Shown piece after piece: positions 56,624 to 64,000 of a DNA stretch of 64,000 nt (position 1 is its first letter; every line of letters begins with the position of its first letter). A program made the translations under genes and the position numbers. Location: positions 1 to 64,000 of the IMG/VR virus record IMGVR_UViG_3300025015_000011. One strand, given 5' to 3'. This stretch comes from a virus. The notes below the pieces were generated by a model, which worked only from the letters and a program-made list of their open reading frames with translations, was not told the origin of the DNA and searched no databases.

Positions 56624-56870
56624 ATTTAAGATTGGCCAGGAAGTATATTGTATACTAGAGAATAGATTACATTCTGCTAAAATTTTATCTCGGCAGTTTA
56701 CTGAGAATAGTGAGTTTGGAAACAAAAACGCTTGCACACAAGCACAAAAAGAGACTTATCAAGCATTTGGACCTGATGAAATCAAATATTCCACAATTCA
56801 TGGTATTTTTTCTGAGGCTGAGCTTTTTGCAACTAAAGAAGATTTGGTTAAACATTTAATAGGAGATTAA
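56595..56870 (+). CDS. Hypothetical protein
   Basis: FKIGQEVY...LFATKEDL. Confidence 0.65.
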   Translation: MIKGGMKMFKFKIGQEVYCILENRLHSAKILSRQFTENSEFGNKNACTQAQKETYQAFGPDEIKYSTIHGIFSEAELFATKEDLVKHLIGD

Positions 56871-56871
56871 A

Positions 56872-57237
56872 ATGGAATTATTTGAAAAATCCCAAATTAA
56901 AAGAAAATCATTTGTTAGAGGTAATGATATTTTTGTTACTGTAAATAAAGGGTATAAAATTGGATTTATGTCAAAACTTGTTCGTGAATTTGAATTAAAT
57001 AAATATACACATGCACAACTTTATTATGATAATGAACAAGGTTTAATAGGTGTACAATTTCTAAAAGAAGCCACTAAAAATTCTTTTAAAATAACAAAAA
57101 GACCTCAATGCGATAATTTCTTGTCTATTACCGCTTCTTCGTTTATTTCTGCATATAATATCCCATTAGGTAAGAAAGTGGCTAAATGGGATGAAAAACA
57201 AAAAATGGTGGTAGCTAAAATTAATAGTGAATTTTAA
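56872..57237 (+). CDS. Hypothetical protein
   Basis: RBS GGAG. Confidence 0.65.
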   Translation: MELFEKSQIKRKSFVRGNDIFVTVNKGYKIGFMSKLVREFELNKYTHAQLYYDNEQGLIGVQFLKEATKNSFKITKRPQCDNFLSITASSFISAYNIPLGKKVAKWDEKQKMVVAKINSEF

Positions 57238-57245
57238 GGAATAAA

Positions 57246-57653
57246 ATGACACTTGATAAATTGGTTAATGAAGAAAACTTCATATACTACCTCAGTAAAG
57301 CTAGAGCTGAATCTAAGAAATCAATTATAGGTAAAGCTCAGGTCGGGGCAGTCCTTGTCAAAAAAGGCTGTATAATTTCTAAAGGTCACAATCGCATCAA
57401 ATACTCAAAAGTTAATGACAAGTATTCGAGGTGGAAAGAATCAACGCATGCAGAGGTAGATGCTTTGAAGAAAGTAATGTATCTCACTGGTTTAAATTCT
57501 ACAACTTTGTTTGTTTATAGGGAATTGAAATCTGGTGAGTTAGCTTCAAGTAAACCATGTGATAAATGTATGGCCTTTATAAAGTTCTTGAAAATAAAAC
57601 GAATTGTATATACAATCAATAAATTCCCATATTATGAAGTAGTGAGGTTGTGA
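57246..57653 (+). CDS. Cytidine/dCMP deaminase-family protein
   Basis: VGAVLV, GHN, HAE, PCDKC. Confidence 0.85.
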   Translation: MTLDKLVNEENFIYYLSKARAESKKSIIGKAQVGAVLVKKGCIISKGHNRIKYSKVNDKYSRWKESTHAEVDALKKVMYLTGLNSTTLFVYRELKSGELASSKPCDKCMAFIKFLKIKRIVYTINKFPYYEVVRL

Positions 57654-57661
57654 ATAATTGA

Positions 57662-57754
57662 TGATGGGTCGACTAAAGGCTCAAAAATAAGTCCTAAGTT
57701 AAGTCACCTCTTCGCGAGAGGAAATGCAGGTGCGAATCCTGTCACCATCAACCA
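57662..57754 (+). ncRNA. tRNA-like RNA of undetermined identity
   Basis: TGATGG/CCATCA, GACT/AGTC, CCTCT/AGAGG, GCAGG-TGCGAAT-CCTGT, terminal ACCA. Confidence 0.65.
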
Positions 57755-57799
57755 AATTTTAGAGGATGGAATAAATTAGATTAAGAAGGTTTTGATATA

Positions 57800-58075
57800 A
57801 TGGAAGAAAGAAAAGAAAAGAAATGTATAGTTTTTAATTGTACCAACCATAGTGATGACGGCAAGTTTCATGGAGATTTTTGTTATCCATGTTGGGAATT
57901 TATATGCACTGGTAAAGGAAAGTATAGTCAGCTTTATAGAAATGCTAATGAATCTGAACTCAAAGATTATAAAACAGTTTATTTTGCATTAGGTAAAAAA
58001 GCAGGCATGGAAGAAGTTCAGAATGGAATTATAGAAGCATTAGGTCTTTATGATAGGTTCGATAAAAAGTGGTAA
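57800..58075 (+). CDS. Hypothetical protein (Cys-rich)
   Basis: C....C.NH...G.F.G..C.PC. Confidence 0.65.
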   Translation: MEERKEKKCIVFNCTNHSDDGKFHGDFCYPCWEFICTGKGKYSQLYRNANESELKDYKTVYFALGKKAGMEEVQNGIIEALGLYDRFDKKW

Positions 58076-58076
58076 A

Positions 58077-58433
58077 ATGAAACATAATAGATTTGGTTTA
58101 AACTTAAGTGAAGCAAATATAATTCTTCATGAAGCAATGGGATTCTGCTGGCATGAATGGGTTTTAAGCAAGTGTCAAAAATGTCTAAAACTTCAAAGTG
58201 AATATAAACAAGCTCCCACCAGAGCTTACTATGTTGCAAATTGGTCAAATTATGGCATTGTCCTTGAATGGGCAATAAAACAGGAATGGTGGTGGGATTT
58301 TAAATATTGGGCATTAGAACAAGCGTTTGCTGTATTAGAATCAGATATAGACTCTATTGTGTTTGATTGTTTTAATGGTCCTCATGCTATAGCAGCATTT
58401 ATTAAAGAACAAAGGAAAAATAATGAAGCATAG
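58077..58433 (+). CDS. Hypothetical protein, paralogous to 29998
   Basis: N.ILHEAMGFCWHEW...C.KC. Confidence 0.6.
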   Translation: MKHNRFGLNLSEANIILHEAMGFCWHEWVLSKCQKCLKLQSEYKQAPTRAYYVANWSNYGIVLEWAIKQEWWWDFKYWALEQAFAVLESDIDSIVFDCFNGPHAIAAFIKEQRKNNEA

Positions 58434-60252
58434 TAAGATAAAAGTTTTAGACGAACATAGCTGGATTAGAGCCAGAGCGAATGTATACCTAGGTTCAACT
58501 GAAAGGGTTAAACAAGAATTTTATTTTGCAAATGAAGGTAAATTTAAAGAAGTAGAATATATACCAGCCCTTTTAAAAATATATGAAGAAATACTTGAAA
58601 ACTCAGTAGATGAATATATCCGAACTAAAGGTGAATATGCAAACAAAATTGAAGTTATTGTTGAAAAGGATGGATTGGTTCAGATTACTGATAATGGTAG
58701 AGGCTTGGAGATTGCAAAGCATGACCAGTTCACTGACCTTTATATACCAGAAGTTATTTTCACAAAGCTCAGGTCAGGGTCAAACTTTGAAGGCACAAGA
58801 GAAGGAATTGGTGTCAATGGTCTCGGGGCAGTTCTAACAGTTCTATTCTCAAAGACCTTTATGATATATACTTATTCTCATGGCAAAGGATATACACAAA
58901 GTTATGAGAATATGCTTCAAGATATTTATCCTCCTAAAATCAAAACAGTATCTGGTGATAAACATGGTACTAACATCATGTTCAGACCAGATTTTGAATT
59001 TTTCAAAACAAAGAATTGGAATCTTGACTTACTTAGAAAGAGGGTAGAAGACCTTGCTTTTTCATTTCCTGAAATCAAGTTTACTTTTAATGATGAAAAG
59101 ATAGATTCAAAGAAGTACAAGGATATAGTTAAGAATTATACTGATGATTATGTAATTGAAGAAGGAGAAAAAGCTAAAGTAATCTTAGCAGGTCATGAAT
59201 CTGGAGAGTTCCTTTTTTCAGCAACAGTCAATGGAGCTAATACCTTTCATGGGGGGACACCTGTTGATTATGTAATATCAGAGATAGTAAATGAGCTTAA
59301 ACCAAAACTAGAGAAGAAATGTAAGGTTGCTCTAAGAGCAAATGATATTAAAAATCACCTAACTCTTTTTATACAACTGAATCTTGATAATCCTATATTT
59401 TCATCCCAGACAAAAGAAAAGGTTCAGAATACAGTAGAAGAAGTCAAGCCTTTATTTGCTGATATATTAACTGATAGGTTTTATAAGAAGATACTTTCAA
59501 ATGAAACAATCATTAATAAAATAACTGAAGAAGCAAAAGTTAAACAACAATTAAAAGAACTTCAAGATGTTAAGGCTAAACAAAAACAAATAGTCAAGAA
59601 GAAAGTAGCAAAGTTAATTGATGCTAATAGTATAGATAGAGAAGAATGTATTCTATTTTTAACAGAAGGGGACTCAGCCTCGTTCAGCGGGGCAGTAGTA
59701 AGAAATCCTAAAGTCCATGCTTTCCTTCCTCTGAGAGGAAAGGTACTGAATGTATATGATTTGACACCATCAAAGGTTCTTCAAAATGAAGAAATACAAG
59801 ATATGTTAAATGCAATAGGCTTGAAGGTTGGCGAAAGAGCCCTTTCACTTAGGTATGGAAAGATTACTTTGCTTGCGGATGAAGATCCAGATGGACATGC
59901 TATAAAAGCTCTTCTTATAAATTTCTTTTATAAGTACTGGCCAGAATTATTTGTTCAAAAGAAAATATGTTTTATTAAGTCACCACTTTATATAGCTGAA
60001 AAGGGAAATGATAAAATTTATATTTATGATAAGGCCCAATATGATAATCTTGAGAAGCAGGGTAAGCTGAAAGGATATAAAATAAGTTACTTCAAAGGTC
60101 TGGGAGGATTAGAGCAGGAAGATTATGATTACTTCTTGAATAAGAATCCTCAATTTATAACTGTTAATGTTGATGATATTTCGGAAGATAAACTTAAGGT
60201 AGTATTTTCAACTGATGGTATAACAGAGAGAAAGGCTTGGATGCTTGCATGA
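58423..60252 (+). CDS. gp39: Type IIA topoisomerase GyrB-like subunit (gp39 and gp60 in one ORF)
   Basis: EILENSVDE, DNGRG, SGSNF, G.NGLG, TEGDSA, PLRGK, DEDPDG, YFKGLG. Confidence 0.92.
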   Translation: MKHSKIKVLDEHSWIRARANVYLGSTERVKQEFYFANEGKFKEVEYIPALLKIYEEILENSVDEYIRTKGEYANKIEVIVEKDGLVQITDNGRGLEIAKHDQFTDLYIPEVIFTKLRSGSNFEGTREGIGVNGLGAVLTVLFSKTFMIYTYSHGKGYTQSYENMLQDIYPPKIKTVSGDKHGTNIMFRPDFEFFKTKNWNLDLLRKRVEDLAFSFPEIKFTFNDEKIDSKKYKDIVKNYTDDYVIEEGEKAKVILAGHESGEFLFSATVNGANTFHGGTPVDYVISEIVNELKPKLEKKCKVALRANDIKNHLTLFIQLNLDNPIFSSQTKEKVQNTVEEVKPLFADILTDRFYKKILSNETIINKITEEAKVKQQLKELQDVKAKQKQIVKKKVAKLIDANSIDREECILFLTEGDSASFSGAVVRNPKVHAFLPLRGKVLNVYDLTPSKVLQNEEIQDMLNAIGLKVGERALSLRYGKITLLADEDPDGHAIKALLINFFYKYWPELFVQKKICFIKSPLYIAEKGNDKIYIYDKAQYDNLEKQGKLKGYKISYFKGLGGLEQEDYDYFLNKNPQFITVNVDDISEDKLKVVFSTDGITERKAWMLA

Positions 60253-60283
60253 GAATAAGGGTGGCAAATTTAGTACATTATTC

Positions 60284-60312
60284 TTGACAAACAATCCTTA
60301 AAATGTTATAAT
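60284..60312 (+). promoter_or_regulatory. sigma70-type early promoter
   Basis: TTGACA-17-TATAAT with TG extension. Confidence 0.8.
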
Positions 60313-60331
60313 CTTTATACATTGAATATAT

Positions 60332-61090
60332 GTGGAGGTTGTTGAAATGACCTTAAATGAAAAGATTGAAGCTATCAGAAAGAAATCAGAAAGTCTTCTT
60401 CAACAGTATCAGATTTCAGGTGTTAGAATCCGGTTTGACCTCAGAGGCAGAACAGCTGGACAGGCTTGTTGGAAAAGAGAAGGTGGTGGGTTGTCTCACA
60501 GTCCTTTGAAACTTTCGAACCTTCAGCTCAGATACAATGTTCAGTTTCTACATACTGACTTTGATGATATGTTAAATAATACAGTAGATCATGAAATAGC
60601 TCACCTCGTAGATGTTACAAGGCGAGGAAAAAGCGACCACAGTTATATATGGGCTCGTATCATGAGAGAGATGGGAGCAGATCCTTCCAGGTGTCATGAT
60701 TATGATATGTCCAACATATATCATCATGTAGTTAAATGTGATTATATGAACCATCATGTTACTGAAAGAATGTATAAAAAAGTAAAGGCTGGTTCTGGAC
60801 ATCGTTGCAATAAATGCAAGTCCAGATTGTATCTTCCTTTGGTTATAACACCTTTTAATCATCCCACAGAGGTCATTCAAATAGCTGCTCAGAGGCCTGC
60901 TGTGAGTGCGTCTCTTGCAAGGGAAAATGTTAGCTATAAACAGTTCTGCAAAAATATGATAGACGAAGGACAGGGCAAAGAGGCTATCAAAACAGCCATA
61001 ATAAACAGGTATGTCACTGAAGGAAAAGAAGAGGCTTGGGCAAAGACCAGAGCTAATGCAATATATGCTCACATGATGAAAGGAAAGTAA
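60332..61090 (+). CDS. SprT-like zinc metalloprotease with extra C-terminal module
   Basis: LRGRTAG.A, HEIAH, H...W..IM..MG..P.RCH, CxxC. Confidence 0.85.
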   Translation: MEVVEMTLNEKIEAIRKKSESLLQQYQISGVRIRFDLRGRTAGQACWKREGGGLSHSPLKLSNLQLRYNVQFLHTDFDDMLNNTVDHEIAHLVDVTRRGKSDHSYIWARIMREMGADPSRCHDYDMSNIYHHVVKCDYMNHHVTERMYKKVKAGSGHRCNKCKSRLYLPLVITPFNHPTEVIQIAAQRPAVSASLARENVSYKQFCKNMIDEGQGKEAIKTAIINRYVTEGKEEAWAKTRANAIYAHMMKGK

Positions 61091-61120
61091 TATACAGTCT
61101 AAATCTGATATTGAGGAGGA

Positions 61121-61318
61121 TTGAAAATGGGTAAAGGTCTAAGGATAATACACAGAGATGGATTTGGTGATAGTACTAAATTCATTGAAGTCATAGACAA
61201 TGATATATTTTCAGTAGGGCTGTATAATGACAGGAAACAGTTGTTTCAGTATACAGCCGAAGATGTTATCAGGTTCATTCATAATAGGACCTGGATTGTA
61301 GCTGGAACAATAGATTAA
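61121..61318 (+). CDS. Hypothetical protein
   Basis: RBS GAGGAGG. Confidence 0.6.
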   Translation: MKMGKGLRIIHRDGFGDSTKFIEVIDNDIFSVGLYNDRKQLFQYTAEDVIRFIHNRTWIVAGTID

Positions 61319-61340
61319 TTAAATAGGGTCTTAATTAAAA

Positions 61341-61384
61341 GAACCTTCACATATATAAATATTTGTAAAAGTGTGTGGAGGTTC
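61341..61384 (+). promoter_or_regulatory. Late promoter inside a hairpin that occludes the RBS
   Basis: GAACCTTCACATA/TGTGTGGAGGTTC with TATAAATA at 61354-61361. Confidence 0.8.
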
Positions 61385-61392
61385 GAAATTTA

Positions 61393-62025
61393 ATGGTTGT
61401 TATATGTGAAACTTGTTTGAAAGTTCATGATGGAACTTATGGGTCTGGAAGATTTTGTTGCAAAAAGTGTGCTAGTTCATTTAGTACTAAAAACAAAAGA
61501 AAGGAAATAAACGAAAAGGTTAGTGAAAAATTAAAGGGAAATAAAAACAGTAAGGGTAAATCCTTTAATAAAGGTTTTGATGAACGTAGATATATTTGGA
61601 CAAAAGAAGATAGAATAAAAGCACAAGAAACCAAAAGAAGAAATTTACAGCAAAAGTATATTGATGTGCCATTTGAAAATTTACCAAATGGCCAAAGAAG
61701 GAAAATAATATTAATTTCTCAAGAAAATGTATGTTGTATATGTAAAACTAAAGAATGGTTTGGTAAACCAATAGTCTTGGAGCTGGACCATATAGATGGT
61801 AATAATAAAAATAATAAAGAGGATAATTTAAGATTTTTATGTCCAAACTGTCATAGTCAAACTTTAACTTGGAAAGGTAGAAATATAACAAAAAAGAAGA
61901 TATCTGATGAAGAATTTTGTAAAGCACTTAATGATGCTCCTTCTATAAGGCAGGCTTTGGTTCAATTAAATATAACACCAAAGGGTGGTAATTATATCAG
62001 GGCTAAGAAGTTAAAAAATAATTGA
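61393..62025 (+). CDS. HNH homing endonuclease (likely start ATG 61393)
   Basis: H.G.YGSGRFC...C; LELDHIDG...NN...NLR.LCPNCHSQT. Confidence 0.9.
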   Translation: MVVICETCLKVHDGTYGSGRFCCKKCASSFSTKNKRKEINEKVSEKLKGNKNSKGKSFNKGFDERRYIWTKEDRIKAQETKRRNLQQKYIDVPFENLPNGQRRKIILISQENVCCICKTKEWFGKPIVLELDHIDGNNKNNKEDNLRFLCPNCHSQTLTWKGRNITKKKISDEEFCKALNDAPSIRQALVQLNITPKGGNYIRAKKLKNN

Positions 62026-62030
62026 AAATT

Positions 62031-62115
62031 GCGAGAGTGGTGGAACTGGCATACACATTTGGTTTAAGCCCAAATGCCCTTAGGATTGAGGGTTCGAATC
62101 CCTCCTCTCGCACCA
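62031..62115 (+). tRNA. tRNA-Leu(TAA)
   Basis: GCGAGAG/CTCTCGC, TTTGG-TT TAA GC-CCAAA, long variable arm, GGTTCGAATCC, ACCA. Confidence 0.93.
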
Positions 62116-62140
62116 AATTTAATTTGAAAGGATAAAGTAA

Positions 62141-62521
62141 ATGAGAATTCTTCTTATTGATGATTGTAGAAATTTTTCAGATGTTGATACCATAGCTCGT
62201 AACTACAAAGATGGGATTGCAGCCCTACAGTCTGAAAAATGGGATGTGCTACTTCTTGACCATGACCTTGCAGATTTTGAGATTCCTGAAAATGAAAAAG
62301 GGTGTACTGAAGATGAATTCCTCAAATCACTAATTAGAAGTGAATATTTAGATATTGATGGGAATTTCAGTTATGAAATCAAAGAATATACAGGATATGA
62401 TGTTCTTTGCTGGCTTGAACAACATCCTGAGCATCTTCCAAAGAAGATTACATTGGTGACATCTAACCCTGTAGGAAGAATGAGAATGCAGTCATTGATT
62501 GAAAGGTTGTATGGTAAATAA
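62141..62521 (+). CDS. Cyclic-phosphate-processing receiver-domain protein
   Basis: IDD.R, LDHDL, TGYDV..WL, SNPVG...M. Confidence 0.8.
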   Translation: MRILLIDDCRNFSDVDTIARNYKDGIAALQSEKWDVLLLDHDLADFEIPENEKGCTEDEFLKSLIRSEYLDIDGNFSYEIKEYTGYDVLCWLEQHPEHLPKKITLVTSNPVGRMRMQSLIERLYGK

Positions 62522-62755
62522 ATGAATAATGAAGAGCTAGATTTTTTATTAGATGGAGAATGCTGCCCTTTTTGTTGTCAAGGACATCTTCATAAAAAAA
62601 ACATAGATGAAACTTTCATTTATAAAAATCATAAAATAGTTATACCAAATTACTGCATTTTTGAATGTAGTTTTTGTAAAGAAGCTATTGTAAGTCAAAA
62701 GTCTATTAGAGAAACTGAAAAGATTTTAAAAGAATTTCGTGAAAAGAGGACTTGA
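62522..62755 (+). CDS. YgiT/MqsA-type zinc-finger protein without HTH
   Basis: CPFC..G...ETF.YK...I.IP.....C..C.E. Confidence 0.75.
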   Translation: MNNEELDFLLDGECCPFCCQGHLHKKNIDETFIYKNHKIVIPNYCIFECSFCKEAIVSQKSIRETEKILKEFREKRT

Positions 62756-62758
62756 CTA

Positions 62759-63160
62759 TTAAATCAACTTCTCTAAATTAAATATAGTCATATCAAGTAC
62801 ATGCCTGCCAGTCCTTGTCCCATGTGCAGTAGTGTAAGTCCATTTAAATACTGCTCTGTATATTACTTCTTTTAAAGTAGAATCTGTCATTGTGGTATCA
62901 GCTTCTTGCATATACCAAGATAGTGCCCCAGTATTTGTCACAAAGACATTATTTGTATTAAGAACATTTTGCTCATTTCTACTATTTATTATTGTATTAG
63001 TTGGGGTATCACTAAGACAATAATAAGTCAAAGTTAAAGTGATTATATCATTTAAATCTATGGGATTATCGCTTTCATCTAATAAATCAGCAGTAATAAG
63101 TGGAGTAGTTTTTTCTAATATAATATCTGTAAAAACTGTTATTTTATTTTCTGTAGCCAT
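62759..63160 (-). CDS. Putative tail/baseplate-associated Ig-like protein (BppU N-terminal-like)
   Basis: P.I...L.D....PIDL; G...W.....DT; beta-rich. Confidence 0.5.
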   Translation of the reverse strand: MATENKITVFTDIILEKTTPLITADLLDESDNPIDLNDIITLTLTYYCLSDTPTNTIINSRNEQNVLNTNNVFVTNTGALSWYMQEADTTMTDSTLKEVIYRAVFKWTYTTAHGTRTGRHVLDMTIFNLEKLI

Positions 63161-63161
63161 A

Positions 63162-63389
63162 TTATTCCTTTAAAGTTATATATTTTAATTTTGTTGTCAT
63201 ATTTAAAATATTAAATAAAGAAGAATCATTCAATTTAATATTTTTTAAGGAGGGACTGGTACATAAAACATTGCTCAATCCAACTACTTCAAGTGTTGAT
63301 ACTTCTATTGTAGTTGGCCAAGTTCCAAACCAACCTTTTGCAAAAATTCCTGGGCCTAACCTACCTTTTACTATTAATGAAGTAAACAT
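63162..63389 (-). CDS. Hypothetical protein
   Basis: Coupled ORF with RBS. Confidence 0.55.
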   Translation of the reverse strand: MFTSLIVKGRLGPGIFAKGWFGTWPTTIEVSTLEVVGLSNVLCTSPSLKNIKLNDSSLFNILNMTTKLKYITLKE

Positions 63390-63392
63390 CTA

Positions 63393-63998
63393 TCATCCTT
63401 CAATTCCTGTATATCTTATCTTCCCAGTAGTATCTAAAGTGAATTCTATTATTTGTACAGCCTCAGAGTCGTCTTCATAATATGTATAAGTTTTGGTACC
63501 ATCAATATTATCTACTTGCTTTAATTTACCTTTCTCCATTTTATACATCAATTCAGTCATAAGTTTAATAGCACTTATTGTTACTTCATTTGCTGGTTGG
63601 TCTGGTAAGTTATCTGTTTTACCCTTGATAGCTAAAATGTTAGCATTATCTGGAGCTGTGTAGGACGCGGAAGCAAGGCGGGACTGCACACTCGCCTCAA
63701 GTGCTAACCCGCCTGCTAACGCTCTTGCAAGCGTCAGTCCGATATTCACAAAGTCATAAGACTCACTAGCCTCATATTCAAGGTCACTTGTGCGCCAGTA
63801 TATAATGCCACTAGTGCCTGATTCTATACCGATGACTGAAGTAGTTATATAGTATGCTGATTTAGTTGGCCCTTGGACTTCATATACTCCAACGCTTGTC
63901 CAATCTTGTATCAGCCCAAGTATCGCGTCATGGATTTTATATTCTACCGGCGCGTTTTGTGGAAATCCATCAACGCTTAGAATCGTGGCCTGGTTAGA
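63393..63998 (-). CDS. Putative virion/tail protein, 5'-partial (frame open to the right edge)
   Basis: No stop in frame from 63998 to 63393; IKGKTDNLP..PA motif. Confidence 0.6.
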   Translation of the reverse strand, partial: SNQATILSVDGFPQNAPVEYKIHDAILGLIQDWTSVGVYEVQGPTKSAYYITTSVIGIESGTSGIIYWRTSDLEYEASESYDFVNIGLTLARALAGGLALEASVQSRLASASYTAPDNANILAIKGKTDNLPDQPANEVTISAIKLMTELMYKMEKGKLKQVDNIDGTKTYTYYEDDSEAVQIIEFTLDTTGKIRYTGIEG

Positions 63999-64000
63999 AG

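Noticed and set aside
57680-57705. Amber suppressor reading (CTA) of the tRNA-like element
   Set aside because: No 5-bp stem with 7-nt loop can be formed around the CTA
58423-60252. T4 gene 60-type ribosomal bypass
   Set aside because: ATPase and TOPRIM regions lie in one continuous ORF
1-64000. CRISPR array, rRNA, integrase or IS element
   Set aside because: No regularly spaced direct repeats or matching motifs seen by eye
1-64000. Stop-codon reassignment
   Set aside because: Core genes are full length in the standard code and TAA, TAG and TGA all terminate genes; the single internal TAA at 6443 is isolated

Overview
AT-rich 64-kb segment of a large T4-like tailed phage genome. Genes run on the minus strand from about 23.4 kb leftwards and on the plus strand from 23.4 to 62.75 kb, where they meet the end of a minus-strand structural or tail block. 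Core genes present: rnh, uvsY, uvsW, gp55, gp47/46, gp44/62, regA, gp32, DNA ligase, a fused gp39/60 topoisomerase subunit, and a class II ribonucleotide reductase. Accessory content: queD-queE-orf-folE (no queC or dpdA in the window), NadM-Nudix plus NAMPT NAD+ salvage, RNA repair enzymes, a 7.6-kb glycosyltransferase/methyltransferase/radical-SAM locus, five free-standing endonucleases each behind a TATAAATA late promoter, tRNA-Leu(TAA), an atypical tRNA-Gly(TCC), a disrupted tRNA-Asn and a tRNA-like RNA. Most notable observations: (1) a late operon of about 12 unrelated proteins sharing an N-terminal capsid-targeting-like leader, including a HIGH nucleotidyltransferase and possibly a ligase-fold enzyme, which suggests head-packaged, injected cargo; (2) nrdJ fractured by a naturally split intein around an endonuclease gene; (3) an HNH/tRNA-Gly cassette inserted into tRNA-Asn; (4) unexplained structured RNAs; (5) a shared C-terminal module on two early proteins 60 kb apart; (6) a CCC-TAA +1 frameshift candidate and apparent ATT/ATC starts. 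All calls come from motif recognition by eye; no searches or folding programs were run.
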